Shown here: one piece after another, positions 1 through 8,292 of the stretch
How the letters are laid out: every line of letters starts with the position of its first letter
Position numbering within the stretch: position 1 is the stretch's first letter
DNA from: Fibrobacterota bacterium
GTDB taxonomy: Bacteria > Fibrobacterota > Fibrobacteria > UBA11236
DNA: 36,820 bases
Direction of reading: 5' to 3'
Assembly: GCA_043753995.1 (NCBI GenBank)
Contig: JAYUVP010000145.1
Location: forward strand, 1 to 36,820
Notes under the pieces: generated by a model
What the model was told of the DNA's origin: nothing
Databases searched by the model: none
Seen by the model: only the letters and a program-made list of their open reading frames with translations
Program-made: the position numbers and the translations under genes

Positions 1-143
1 GTGAGGACTTGAAAGCTTTCTCCCTCCAAAACCTCTTTGAGGGTTTTGCGGAAAATGGCATTGTCTTCGACAACGAGAATATCCCCTGCCGCAAGGGCAT
101 GGGTGGAGACGGCTGAGCCGGCTTCATTTACAGAATTAGACAT
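1..143 (-). CDS. Response-regulator receiver-domain protein, N-terminal part (runs off the window start)
   Basis: Not in the ORF track. Manual translation from ATG at 143 gives MSNSVNEAGSAVSTHALAAGDILVVEDNAIFRKTLKEVLEGESFQVL..., and ILVVEDN is a typical REC beta1/acidic pocket. GAGGAG SD lies about 9 nt upstream. Confidence 0.85.
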   Translation of the reverse strand, partial: MSNSVNEAGSAVSTHALAAGDILVVEDNAIFRKTLKEVLEGESFQVL

Positions 144-273
144 GTGCCCGAACTCCTCAGGGTAGGACGGTGACGTCCTGGCAGGCTAGTGACATTTGCG
201 AATCTAGCACCCTTGGGGAGATGTTGTCAGAAACAAGACCTCTTGCCAATACAGGCGCACCTGCCAAGCATAA

Positions 274-290
274 TGCATGGAACATGCCGA
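274..290 (-). promoter_or_regulatory. Possible sigma54 (-24/-12) promoter for the response regulator
   Basis: Minus strand reads TCGGCATGTTCCATGCA, i.e. GG-N10-GC spacing with GGCATG and TGCA, resembling TGGCACG-N4-TTGCW. It is oriented toward the gene starting at 143. Confidence 0.3.
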
Positions 291-360
291 CATTTTACGA
301 TGCTTTGACGGTATTGGCCAGCCTTTTTGTCAGGGGAAATACTGGGTTACCAGTAAGCAA

Positions 361-3300
361 TCACCTTGCTGCCCATTGGACTTCGGGGCGTCGGGCTATG
401 TTCCCTAGCTGCTTCCATTGTTCGAGTTCTTCTGGATTCGCAGTTTTTAGGGCAATAAAGCCGTCCTTCGTCATTGCTGCAACGGGCTCTCCCGCGATAA
501 AAAGCAATCGATTCTGACCTTGGGCCGGTAAACGTGGGCCGGGACTTAAGGTCGCCTGAAGATTCAAAGGGTCCTGAGCCGACAACCACAACGGGGATTC
601 ACCGGGGAAACTTTCTTTCCGTTTTAGTGTTACTGCGGCATTTGGTAATGCGAATTGCTCGCCGCTGAAGCCCAAAACAAAACGACCTCCGCGCAATTCA
701 CCGCGATCTTCGAAGCGGCGCAGTGCCCGCAGGAGATCGCGCCAAGGCGGCAAATCGCTTTCGAGGTCGGTCAGGCGGCGAAAAACGACTCCATAGCGAT
801 TCAGCAAACGAAGGGCTGTGATTTCTGACACGGTTTCCCGATCCATTTCCGAAGCTGGCTTTGGTGCTTGAGTCAAATACCAACGGCCTGAACGATCCAA
901 GGGATCGGGGCCACCCAAGGATCGGCGATCGTTGTTTTGCATTAAGGCCCGCAAGCCCGCTAAGCCATCGCAAGCCACCCAGCCGCGCGCTACCGCTTCC
1001 TTCAGTCCATCGCGAATGGACTCCAGAGGGAGATTTTGCTGGCGAGCCATGTCGCGCCAAAAAGCCGCGCCATATTTTTGCAAATGCTCTATCACCGGAG
1101 CGGCGTGGCCAAGGATGGATTCGGGCAAGGTGGGCATCTTGGCGACATGCTCCGCGCTGAAGAAAGCGATGGGCAAGCCTTTGTGAAAGGCTATGCGTCC
1201 CTCGCCAGCTTCGACTGCGGCGCTAGGCGCGCGCCGCCGCCAATAAAAACGACCCGATAAAAGCAGGCTTTCCAGCCAGTCGCGGCGAAAGCCGGCCACC
1301 CGGGCCGGCAATATTTCTTCTTCCCAAATGCCCAATGGCGCATCACAGGCTTCGAGCTTGGAGAGGGCTTCGGCCAATCCTTCGGGGCCTTCCCGCCGTT
1401 CCGAAGGCCAAAGATTTTGCCAGCCGAAAAGAAATTCCTGAAATCGGGCGGCGGAAACGGGTTCGGACCGCTTGCGTACCGTATCACGCGCGAGACGGTG
1501 TATGCGCGCCAATAGATGACGTTCGCACCAAGCCGGTAAGAGGGCGTCGACCCCAAGTTGTTCTTGGGGCCCGCGCAGTGCAGCCGGAAAAGATCCGCGA
1601 AAGGCAAAGCCCTCGGCTTCCAAGCCGAATAAGGCGACTTGCAAGGTCGATGTCGGCCAACCGGTGAGGGTGAGTAAGGCGGACTCGGTCACCGGTCCAC
1701 TGACTTCGAGGCGACCGCGCAGCAATTCACGCGTGGCTTGTTCGGGCGAGGGTGGCGATGGTGCCAGGGGGATGGTGCGAAGAGGCGGATCCCAGGGCGA
1801 AGGTTTTGTGATATCGGATGCGATTTGATCGAAAGCGAGGGTCGCTTCTTGTACGCGCTCGGCGGCGAAATAAAGCCTTGTCCTGGATGGGAGAGTCAAG
1901 CAATAAACGCGGCCCTGGGCGCTAAGGTTTTCCAGCCAGAGTAGCGTTGTCGCAGGATCATTGCCGCCGCCTGGAGGCAAAAGATGGCTTTGCGGTGAGC
2001 CGAACAATTCCCCTTCGGTGAGAAAGCCTGAAGTAAGCAAGGCATCATGCAATTCTTCTTCGTCGCGCCATAGCGGAGCAGCGTCCCCCTGCACGCGCTG
2101 GACGGCATCGGCATCGAGTCGCGCCAGGGCATCGGTTTGGGCCGGGGTCCAATCGCGGCGCACGCGCACGGCGCGAGTTCGCCTTTCTTCAAGCGGGGCA
2201 TCGTCCAGGAAGGCATAGGGGCGAGCGCTAAGCACGGCCTCGGCGAGGGGCGAAGGTTCGCGCGCATCGATTTCCATCAATTGCAATTGGCCTTGGGCAA
2301 TGCGCCGCAGCAAATCTTCGAGGGCTTCTATGTCCATGGCTTCGTAAAGGCAATCGTCCAAGGTTTGCTTCACCAAGGGGTGATTGGGAATTTCTCGATC
2401 GCCACCGAGATTTTCGGGGCAGGCTATGCTGTCCGGGAAAACCAAGGCCGCTAAATCTTGGGCTTGCAGGCGTTGAATCGGAGGCGGCGTGCGCTTGCCG
2501 CCGCGATTGCGCAGAAGCGCCAGGGCGCGGCTGGCATTCCAGCGCCAGCGCACTTCGAACATGGGCGCGACCAAGGCGGCTTGCACCAAAATGTCGCGCA
2601 CGCTGTCGGCATTCAGGTATTGCCAAACCTCGCTCAGGGGAAAGCTGTGAGAGGCTCCCAGGGAAAGGATGACGGCGTCTTCCGTGGCGGCAGCCTGCAA
2701 TTCGAAATTGAATTTGCGACAGAATCGCTTGCGAAGAGAGAGACCCAAGGCGCGATTGAGTCGGCTTCCAAAGGGTGCATGCAAAACCAAATGCATGGCG
2801 CCGCCATCATCAAAAAAGCGCTCCAAAATGAGGCGGTCCAGAGTGGGCAAGGCCCCCAAGGCGATTTGCGCTGAAGCCAAATAGTCGACGATTTGCTCGG
2901 CCCCGCTGCCGACAATTTGGCATTCGCTTTCCAGCCAAGCCATTGCGGGAAGGCGCCAGGGCGCGGTGGCTCCATCGCCTTGCTCGGCAATGGCTTGACG
3001 TAACTCCGGAGTTTCCCCCAAGGCTTTCTCGACGCCGCCTCGCAGGGACGATAAGGCCTCGCTGAATTCGGCTGAACGACCCGGGGCCTCGCCCAGCCAA
3101 AAGGGAAGGCCGGGAGGTTCATCGCCAGCATCCGCTACGCGCAGGGCATTGGCCTCCACGCGCAAGATGCGCCAACTGCGATTGCCTAATTGAAAGACAT
3201 CGCCGGGCATGCTTTCGATGGCGAAATCCTCATTGACTGAGCCGAGCAGTAAGTCGCCCGGCTCTAGCTTCACATCGATGTCGAAGGTGTCGGGTATGGC

Positions 3301-4794
3301 GCCTCCGCAGGTGATAGCGGTGAGCCTGGCCCCGCGCCGCGCGCGCAAGCGCCCTTGCACTTGATCGCGATGCACATAGGCGCCGCGTCGACCCACGCGG
3401 GTGCTGAAGCCTTCGGCTATCATGGCGACGACGTCCTGATAGTCCGCGAAGCTCAAGGCGGAATAGATCGCCGCGCGGCGAAAGAGATCGAAAAGTTCGA
3501 CTTCCCCGCATTCGCGGCAAGCCACTTCGGCCACGATTTGCTGGGCGAGTATGTCGAGAGGTTGGCGCGGCAAGGTCAAAGTATCGAGTTCCCCCAGCCG
3601 CACGCAACGCAACAAGGCGGCGGATTCGACTAATTCATCTCTCGTGAGCGGAAAGATTCGACCCTTGGGTTTGCCGCCAATGAAATGCCCCGAGCGGCCC
3701 ATACGCTGCACGAAGGACGAAATGGTTTTCGGCGTGCCGAGTTGCACGCATAGCTCGACTTCGCCGATGTCGATGCCGAGTTCGAGTGAAGCGGTGGCCA
3801 CCATGACCTTGAGGCGTCCTTCTTTCAAGGCGGTTTCGGCCTTGAGTCGGCGTTCACGCGACATGCTACCGTGATGAGCCGCAACGAATTCCTCACCTAG
3901 GCTTTGTCCCAAACGATGCGCCACCCTTTCGGCCATGCGCCGCGTATTGACGAAAATCAAGGTGGTGCGATGCGCGGCGATTTGCTGCTCCAGCAGGCCA
4001 TACACTTCTTCCCACACCTCCAGGGGCATGACGGCTTGCAGGGGAGAGCCCGGCAAGGTCACATCCAAATCCATGGCACGACGCAAACCCGCGTCGATAA
4101 TGCTACAGGGCAAGGTTTGCCCTTTATCATCGCAGCCCACTAAAAATCGGGCGACCGTGCTGATGGGCTTTTGCGTAGCCGAAAGCCCGATGCGCTGGGG
4201 CCTGGCTCCGCAGAGGGCCTCCAGCCTTTGCAGGGACAGCATGAGATGCGCGCCACGCCGGTCGGGTAAGAGGGCATGCACTTCGTCGAGAATGACGGTG
4301 CGGACATTTCTCAGCATTTCACGCCCGCGCCTGGCCGTGAGCAGCAAATACAGGGATTCAGGCGTACTTACCAGAATGTGAGGCGCGCGACGAATCATGG
4401 CAGCCCTATCGGAGGCACTGGTGTCGCCCGTTCGCAAAGCGACGCGTACATCGACTTCTTGCAGGCGATCGTGAAAAACCCTTTCGCGCATTTCACGCAA
4501 TGGGCGATTCAAATTCTTTTCGATGTCATTCGATAGGGCTTTGAGCGGGGAGACATAAAGCACCGTGGTGCGCGATGGCAAATCACCTGTCAGGGCTTGG
4601 CGCCAAAGTCCGTCAAGAGCCACCCAAAATGCCGCCAGGGTTTTGCCCGAACCCGTTGGGGCGGCGAGCAAGGTGTCTTCCCCTTGCCGAATCGCCTCCC
4701 AAGCTTCGCCTTGAAAAGGCGTGGGTTCGCCCAGGCTTTTGCCGAACCATTCAGCTAGGTCGGGATGGAAGGCATGAAGGGTACTCGAAGGCAT
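361..4794 (-). CDS. lhr: Lhr-family DEAD/DEAH-box SF2 helicase, long form with C-terminal winged-helix/AlkZ-like region
   Basis: Motifs APTGSGKT, YVSPLKALSND, DEVH, GLSAT, HHGSMS, ATASLELGID and QRMGRSGH. Lhr-specific GGAIPD, PFWLGE and C-terminal LLNRYGVV...RGGRFVLGFSGEQFA. Start placed at ATG 4794 (MPSSTLH); the ORF track extends to 4824. Confidence 0.93.
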   Translation of the reverse strand: MPSSTLHAFHPDLAEWFGKSLGEPTPFQGEAWEAIRQGEDTLLAAPTGSGKTLAAFWVALDGLWRQALTGDLPSRTTVLYVSPLKALSNDIEKNLNRPLREMRERVFHDRLQEVDVRVALRTGDTSASDRAAMIRRAPHILVSTPESLYLLLTARRGREMLRNVRTVILDEVHALLPDRRGAHLMLSLQRLEALCGARPQRIGLSATQKPISTVARFLVGCDDKGQTLPCSIIDAGLRRAMDLDVTLPGSPLQAVMPLEVWEEVYGLLEQQIAAHRTTLIFVNTRRMAERVAHRLGQSLGEEFVAAHHGSMSRERRLKAETALKEGRLKVMVATASLELGIDIGEVELCVQLGTPKTISSFVQRMGRSGHFIGGKPKGRIFPLTRDELVESAALLRCVRLGELDTLTLPRQPLDILAQQIVAEVACRECGEVELFDLFRRAAIYSALSFADYQDVVAMIAEGFSTRVGRRGAYVHRDQVQGRLRARRGARLTAITCGGAIPDTFDIDVKLEPGDLLLGSVNEDFAIESMPGDVFQLGNRSWRILRVEANALRVADAGDEPPGLPFWLGEAPGRSAEFSEALSSLRGGVEKALGETPELRQAIAEQGDGATAPWRLPAMAWLESECQIVGSGAEQIVDYLASAQIALGALPTLDRLILERFFDDGGAMHLVLHAPFGSRLNRALGLSLRKRFCRKFNFELQAAATEDAVILSLGASHSFPLSEVWQYLNADSVRDILVQAALVAPMFEVRWRWNASRALALLRNRGGKRTPPPIQRLQAQDLAALVFPDSIACPENLGGDREIPNHPLVKQTLDDCLYEAMDIEALEDLLRRIAQGQLQLMEIDAREPSPLAEAVLSARPYAFLDDAPLEERRTRAVRVRRDWTPAQTDALARLDADAVQRVQGDAAPLWRDEEELHDALLTSGFLTEGELFGSPQSHLLPPGGGNDPATTLLWLENLSAQGRVYCLTLPSRTRLYFAAERVQEATLAFDQIASDITKPSPWDPPLRTIPLAPSPPSPEQATRELLRGRLEVSGPVTESALLTLTGWPTSTLQVALFGLEAEGFAFRGSFPAALRGPQEQLGVDALLPAWCERHLLARIHRLARDTVRKRSEPVSAARFQEFLFGWQNLWPSERREGPEGLAEALSKLEACDAPLGIWEEEILPARVAGFRRDWLESLLLSGRFYWRRRAPSAAVEAGEGRIAFHKGLPIAFFSAEHVAKMPTLPESILGHAAPVIEHLQKYGAAFWRDMARQQNLPLESIRDGLKEAVARGWVACDGLAGLRALMQNNDRRSLGGPDPLDRSGRWYLTQAPKPASEMDRETVSEITALRLLNRYGVVFRRLTDLESDLPPWRDLLRALRRFEDRGELRGGRFVLGFSGEQFALPNAAVTLKRKESFPGESPLWLSAQDPLNLQATLSPGPRLPAQGQNRLLFIAGEPVAAMTKDGFIALKTANPEELEQWKQLGNIARRPEVQWAAR

Positions 4795-4816
4795 GGTGGG
4801 AATATAAAGCCGAATG

Positions 4817-4835
4817 AGGGACAATAATTGTCTCT
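4817..4835. promoter_or_regulatory. 19-bp imperfect palindrome upstream of lhr (candidate operator)
   Basis: AGGGACAATAATTGTCTCT versus its reverse complement AGAGACAATTATTGTCCCT. It lies about 10 bp upstream of the TATATT -10 box (4801-4806, minus strand). Confidence 0.4.
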
Positions 4836-5246
4836 ATTAGGGATAGGGAAGGGTGGCTTCGGCCTTTTCACGAGGATTTGGCCACCCTCCCCCTCGGCCG
4901 AGCCTATTGGGATGGAGAAACACAGATCGAAAATGCCACTCCATCCCTATTTCTGTCTTGCAATGTTCAAGATCCTTCAACGCAACCGGAACTCAATTTC
5001 GATACTTTGAACGTCCATCCTAGGTCGCTTTCGGAAAGTTGTGATATCTGGAAAAAACGGAAGATGGCCTATCACGGCACCTATACTTATTCGGTTATTC
5101 ATTCATTCACAAACGGGAACATCTCGATAACGGGATATTTAAAAAATACATGTATTACGAGTATGGCTGCCAAGATGATTACACCCTGGGGCCTAGAATT
5201 GATTTTGTCAGCTTTCATAACGAAATGCCCTGAAAAAATCCTGGCA

Positions 5247-5280
5247 AACCGGATCGATTTTGTCTAAAACCCATCCGGTT
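5247..5280 (-). terminator. Hairpin downstream of the 5304..5792 gene, possible terminator
   Basis: Minus strand AACCGGATGGGTTTT-AGAC-AAAATCGATCCGGTT forms a 15-bp stem with one mismatch and one G-U pair. A T-tract follows about 8 nt later. Confidence 0.4.
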
Positions 5281-5303
5281 CCCGGGGCCTGCCCGACGGA
5301 GTG

Positions 5304-5792
5304 CTATCCCCCGTTCAAATTGATATAAATCGATGTCAGATAAGAGTTATTCCCCGAAACGCTAGCCGGGATATGGCAGGTCACCCAGACCACCCTGCTC
5401 CCCACCGTGGCATTGGTATAACGAGTTGCATACTGGCGGCCGGTGTTGCCTGCCGGAATGGTGGCCACGGCGGAGGTCCAATAACTTCCATCATCGTTGC
5501 CCATATTTATTGTACAAGAGAGCGCGTCGTTCTGGTTGCGGCGATAGGCCGAAATACCGATATAGCCGTAGGTATAATCCGCCCTGGGAACTTGAATGGG
5601 ACAGGTGACCTCCGTAGCGTTGTAGGGACTGGGATTGTAAATGCCATACCTGGTTGGAATCACCGGCTGGCCGCCCGCATTCGCAATACAGGAATTGCCG
5701 GCAATATTGGTTTCAAACCATCCGGCGGAAGCGGTTTGAACCGCACCCAAGACAAGGCCTAGGGCGAGGAGGAAAGGGGTCACATTCAACAT
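5304..5792 (-). CDS. Secreted hypothetical protein (162 aa, signal peptide, beta-rich, 4 Cys)
   Basis: ATG at 5792 with GGAG SD 7 nt upstream. MLNVTPFLLALGLVLGAVQTASA is a Sec signal ending in A-S-A. The mature part is rich in G/N/T/Y with 4 Cys. Confidence 0.8.
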   Translation of the reverse strand: MLNVTPFLLALGLVLGAVQTASAGWFETNIAGNSCIANAGGQPVIPTRYGIYNPSPYNATEVTCPIQVPRADYTYGYIGISAYRRNQNDALSCTINMGNDDGSYWTSAVATIPAGNTGRQYATRYTNATVGSRVVWVTCHIPASVSGNNSYLTSIYINLNGG

Positions 5793-5981
5793 GGAACATC
5801 TCCGGTTATGGGGAAGGACCAATCCTCCCTCTTTCCTTGGATGCACATGACCCTGGGTTTGTATCCCTCTGCGATAGATTTGGAATACACCTTGGGTGGT
5901 CCGTGCCGACTCATCGCCTTGTTTAAAAAACAAAGGAGGAATCGGATCCGGTTTTAAGGTAACGGATTGGGTTTAGCTCAC

Positions 5982-7130
5982 TCAGGGATAGTCAGCGCAA
6001 GTTATGGCCATTTCTGCCATGTGTGCTGCGTACTTGGGGTCTCCTGTCGGCGGCGTTTCGGTGAGGTTAATCCGATACAGCCTGCACCGCTCCTCTAACG
6101 TGGGAGGCACAAAAGGTGGAGGAGCCGGTTTCGCATCGCCTAGGATCCGATCACAATCCATGCCGCCATACTTGTACTTGAGCTCCATGTAGTTCTCAGG
6201 CATGGACATCATCTCATTCCACATGTCCTTACATACCTCTTGCTCGGGGCTAAGGGCGGTTGAAGCGGGCGGAGAGCTGGGTTGGGCTGGCTCGGTCACG
6301 GCGGGTTTCGCGGGCAGGACTAAAGCACAGACGCTATCGACGGCCGCCTGGGTGATGGGGTGTTTGGAATCCACGACTCCCCACGCGAAGTTGTTCTGTA
6401 TCATTTTGCATTGGGTCGCGGCATCAAGGGGGGGCGTGGGAGGCAGAACCCCTGGGCCCGCAGCGGTGATGACATCGTGGCATTTCCATAGGCTGAACTT
6501 GTTTTTGAATTCACAGTATTGCGGTTCGCCCGCGGTCTGCATCTTTGTATAGACGTCCACGCAAGTTTGCAAAGTATCCAAAGTGACCACAGTCGGGGCA
6601 GGGGCGGGTTGGACGGGTGTAGTCTCGACCGTTTTGACGGGAGCGGGCATGTCTACGGCTTTGGCGCATTCGGTCGCTACAATATCTTGGTAATAAGGGT
6701 ACTTGGGGCTGGCCGGGTCCATGGTGACCAGCATGGTTTCGATGTTCTTGCATCGGAGCGCAGAATCAATCGGCGGGCTCGGGGGACGTATCGCATCGAG
6801 AACTGCCCCGCAATCATGCTCGTTGAACACCGCAATGCTTTTATTGAGGGCCTCCTTGTCACTCTGCGGCTGTGCATTGACATCCGCCGATAATTGCTTG
6901 CAGAGAGTCACCCTATCTACCGGCTTGGCGCACTCGACCGTTTTAGCGGGCACCTCCGCGACACTGTCCTTGAGCTGGGTCTCTTTGGCGGCGGGCTGTA
7001 TGTCGTCACTCGACGACGACGGCGCCGCCTGTCCCTTTTCTTCGCCCAGGAAATCCTGGCAGCCGATGAAAACGGAAGTAGCCAGGGCTAGGCCAAGGGT
7101 TCCGTAATTGAAGAAACGTTTATTGAGCAT
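5982..7130 (-). CDS. Lipoprotein with tandem Cys-x25-29-Cys repeats and Pro-rich linkers
   Basis: GGAGGA SD; lipobox-like VFIG-C24; paired cysteines separated by Pro-rich spacers. Confidence 0.85.
   Translation of the reverse strand: MLNKRFFNYGTLGLALATSVFIGCQDFLGEEKGQAAPSSSSDDIQPAAKETQLKDSVAEVPAKTVECAKPVDRVTLCKQLSADVNAQPQSDKEALNKSIAVFNEHDCGAVLDAIRPPSPPIDSALRCKNIETMLVTMDPASPKYPYYQDIVATECAKAVDMPAPVKTVETTPVQPAPAPTVVTLDTLQTCVDVYTKMQTAGEPQYCEFKNKFSLWKCHDVITAAGPGVLPPTPPLDAATQCKMIQNNFAWGVVDSKHPITQAAVDSVCALVLPAKPAVTEPAQPSSPPASTALSPEQEVCKDMWNEMMSMPENYMELKYKYGGMDCDRILGDAKPAPPPFVPPTLEERCRLYRINLTETPPTGDPKYAAHMAEMAITCADYP
5997..6902 (-). repeat. Six protein-level Cys-x(25-29)-Cys units arranged as three pairs
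   Basis: Cys pairs at aa 77/107, 127/155, 190/217, 241/268, 300/326 and 349/378. Linkers within each pair are RPPSPPID, LPPTPPLD and PPPFVPPTL. Confidence 0.75.
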
Positions 7131-7205
7131 ATATCCTCCGGGTTAAGGGATGCTTCAAGATTAACCCCCCTCTGGGGAATTTTTCTTATCGATTTGAGAA
7201 GTATG

Positions 7206-7301
7206 AGGGATTTTATGTCCTCACCTATTTCCTTGGATTTCGCCTAAAATGGAGGTTTTACGGGGATAATTAAAATGGGTCTAGGGATTTTTTGTCCCCA
7301 C
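7206..7301. promoter_or_regulatory. Two copies of a 19-bp site in the divergent intergenic region
   Basis: AGGGATTTTATGTCCTCAC (7206-7224) and AGGGATTTTTTGTCCCCAC (7283-7301) are 17/19 identical and 77 bp apart. Each has partial dyad symmetry (GGA...TCC). Confidence 0.55.
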
Positions 7302-7353
7302 TTCTGCCCCAATTGAAGTAGGATGATAGCGGGGCGGCGATTATACTTTGGAT

Positions 7354-8292
7354 ATGCAGGCCGACGAAAAGGAGCATCCCCGCCCCGTGCCCAGTCCTGG
7401 CTCCCTGCCCCGCATCCTTCATTATCTCGATTACCGCGATTTCATCCGTGATCACTGTGCTTGGCGCAAGAAGCTTGAGCCCGATTTTTCCCAGCGGGTC
7501 TTTGCCCGCGAGGCCGACCTGCCCCCGAGTTGCTCTAGCTTGCTTCCCGGCGTGGTGAATGGTCGCCGTAATCTAAGCGCGAACCTGCGTATCAAATTCG
7601 CCAAGGCCCTGGGGCTTTCCGAAAGGGATTACCGCTTTTTTGACTTGCTGGTTCAGTTCAACCAAGCCAAGGGGATGATAGAGAAAAACCATTTCTTCTC
7701 CCAGCTCTCCAGGTTCCGTAACTCGCGCGCCCGTGTCGTGGGCGAGGAGCAATACCGCTACTACACCAAGTGGCATCATTCGGCGGTATGGACTTATTTC
7801 ACCTACGAACAGAAGCAGAGGCACCCGGGAATTATCGGCGCGCGCCTCTTCCCGGCGGCGACCCCGGCCCAAGTGGAGGAAAGCATTCAGCTGCTTCTCA
7901 CGCTAGGCCTCATCAAAAAGACGGCCTCGGGATATGCCGTCACGGACAAGCATCTCACTACCGAGAAGGATTTGAAAGCCATGGCCACACGGCAGCATTT
8001 GCATGATCTCACCGGCCTCGCCATGGGGGCCTTGGATACCGTTCCGCCAGAAAATCGTCAGTTCAGTGCCCTCATGTTTTCCGTATCCGAGGTGGGATTC
8101 CAGTCGCTCAAGGAACGTCTTGCTGCCTTCCATGAAGAACTTCGCGAAATCGTCGACAAGGACTCCGGTGAGGATCGTATCTATACCTTGGCGATGCAGC
8201 TTTTCCCAAATAGCCAAAGCGAAGCAGGCCCGGGCATGGGTTCCACGCCACCAAAAACGGCTGCCCGTCGCATTTCAGGCAAGAGTTTATGA
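7354..8292 (+). CDS. TIGR02147 / DUF4423-family protein (N-terminal HTH-like region, putative transcription regulator)
   Basis: YLDYRDFIRD...FSQRVFAREA...GRRNLS...YRFFDLLVQFNQAK, QYRYYTKWHHSAV and C-terminal YTLAMQLFP match this family, which is expanded in Fibrobacter and Bdellovibrio. ATG 7354 preferred over TTG 7348. Confidence 0.88.
   Translation: MQADEKEHPRPVPSPGSLPRILHYLDYRDFIRDHCAWRKKLEPDFSQRVFAREADLPPSCSSLLPGVVNGRRNLSANLRIKFAKALGLSERDYRFFDLLVQFNQAKGMIEKNHFFSQLSRFRNSRARVVGEEQYRYYTKWHHSAVWTYFTYEQKQRHPGIIGARLFPAATPAQVEESIQLLLTLGLIKKTASGYAVTDKHLTTEKDLKAMATRQHLHDLTGLAMGALDTVPPENRQFSALMFSVSEVGFQSLKERLAAFHEELREIVDKDSGEDRIYTLAMQLFPNSQSEAGPGMGSTPPKTAARRISGKSL

Noticed and set aside
361..4794. 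Lhr as part of an anti-phage defence system
   Set aside because: It looks like the ordinary stand-alone long Lhr, with no adjacent nuclease, methylase or other defence genes.
698..4817. Many 60-165 aa ORFs overlapping lhr and other long genes
   Set aside because: Antisense or alternate-frame shadows typical of GC-rich coding DNA, with no motifs.
4878..5267. 129-aa plus-strand ORF as a real gene
   Set aside because: TTG start with no SD, no recognisable motif, and it begins in the lhr promoter region.
5793..5933. N-terminal extension of the 209-aa ORF (5304..5933)
   Set aside because: The signal peptide and SD point to ATG 5792; the extension is probably untranslated.
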